Assembly (NCBI RefSeq): GCF_963921235.1
Contig: NC_086097.1
Span: forward strand, 171,308,001-171,372,000
Source: Mobula hypostoma
Taxonomy: Eukaryota
Length of the DNA stretch: 64,000 nucleotides
Reading direction: 5' to 3'
Part shown: positions 63,130 through 64,000 of the stretch, in pieces
How the letters are laid out: every line of letters starts with the position of its first letter
Position numbering within the stretch: the stretch's first letter is position 1
Program-made: the position numbers and the translations under genes
Notes under the pieces: model-generated
Database searches by the model: none
What the model was told of the DNA's origin: nothing
The model's input: only the letters and a program-made list of their open reading frames with translations

Positions 63130-64000
63130 GAGAAGACCACAAGACCATTAAACATAGGGGGCAGAATAAGGCCATTTGACCCATTGATTCTGCTCTTCCT
63201 TTTGATCATGGCTGATATATTTTCCCTCTTAACCTCATTCTCCTGCCTTCTCCTCATCATTAGAAATCAAGAAATTGTCAACCACTGCTTTAAATGTACA
63301 CAATGACTTATCCTCCACAGCCATCTGTGACAATAATTTCCACAGCTTCACCACTCTCTGGCTAAATAAATTCCTCCTCATCTCCGTTCTAAAGGGATGA
63401 ACTATTCTGAGGCTGAGTCTGCTGAATAACTCAAATGGCAGAAGAGTTCAATCTGAACAAGTGAGAGCTGTTGCACTTTGGTGTTGGTGGGGGGGTGGGG
63501 GAGGTGTCAAATAAAAGGAGGGAGTATGCAGTTACTGTTAGACCTCATGATATTGAGGTACAGAATGATCCTGGGGACCAGATCCATAGTTCACTGAAAG
63601 TAGCTACCCAGATTGTTAAGGTGGTCAGGAAGGCATGTTTGCCTTCATTGGTAAGGGTGCTGAGTAGAAGAGTAAGGATGTAATGCTGCAGGTATACAAT
63701 TTTTTAATCAGGCCATATTTAGAGTATTATGTGCAGTCCTGAAGAAGGGTCTTGGCCCAAAACATTAACTGTTAATATATTTCCATGGATGTTCTGTGAC
63801 CTTCTGAGTTCCTTCAGCATCTTGTGTGTGTTGCTCTGAATTTTCAGTAGCTGCAGAATCTCTCGCGTGTATTATGTGCAGTTCTGGTTGTCCCATTATA
63901 GAAGGATGTGGAGACTATGCTGAGGGTACAGAAGAGTTTTACCAGGATGTTGCCAGATTAGAGTGTATCAAATACAAGGAAAATGGACAAACATGGGTTA
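63130..64000. mobile_element. CR1 fragments (minus 63130-63420; plus 63420-64000) with a PLE terminal repeat inserted at 63738-63868
   Basis: CR1 3'UTR and ORF2 motifs; 14-bp TSD gtattatgtgcagt at 63724-63737 and 63869-63882. Confidence 0.75.

Overview
This is vertebrate nuclear DNA dominated by transposable elements. The repeat repertoire (HE1/V-SINEs, Deu-type SINE, abundant CR1, Rex1/Babar, Penelope) points to a cartilaginous fish, probably a ray; that assignment is an inference. I could not confidently identify any host protein-coding exon, so the window is probably intronic or intergenic, and most short ORFs in the track are TE fragments or antisense shadows. All family assignments come from motifs I recognised by eye; no searches were run. 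Main elements: (1) a complete but decayed Sushi/Tf1-type chromodomain Gypsy element with both LTRs (4882-9699); (2) a young CR1 whose ORF2 is broken by a single 1-bp frameshift (17558-20632); (3) Penelope terminal repeats carrying minimal hammerhead-ribozyme motifs, including a tandem-plus-hairpin triple-hammerhead insertion with its own 11-bp TSD (25244-25682); (4) a near full-length CR1 with an open esterase ORF1, its 5'UTR interrupted by an internally deleted hAT (39945-46050); (5) a degraded class III (ERV-L/ERV-S-like) endogenous retrovirus that keeps the start of an env gene (about 49100-52865); (6) an AcademX DNA transposon (transposase + XPG nuclease + Cys-rich tail) inside a Rex1 LINE and itself carrying a solo LTR (58269-61913). 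Nothing here demonstrates a wholly new biological system. The best candidates for follow-up are the env-bearing class III ERV, the hammerhead/retrozyme-like cassette and the AcademX element.
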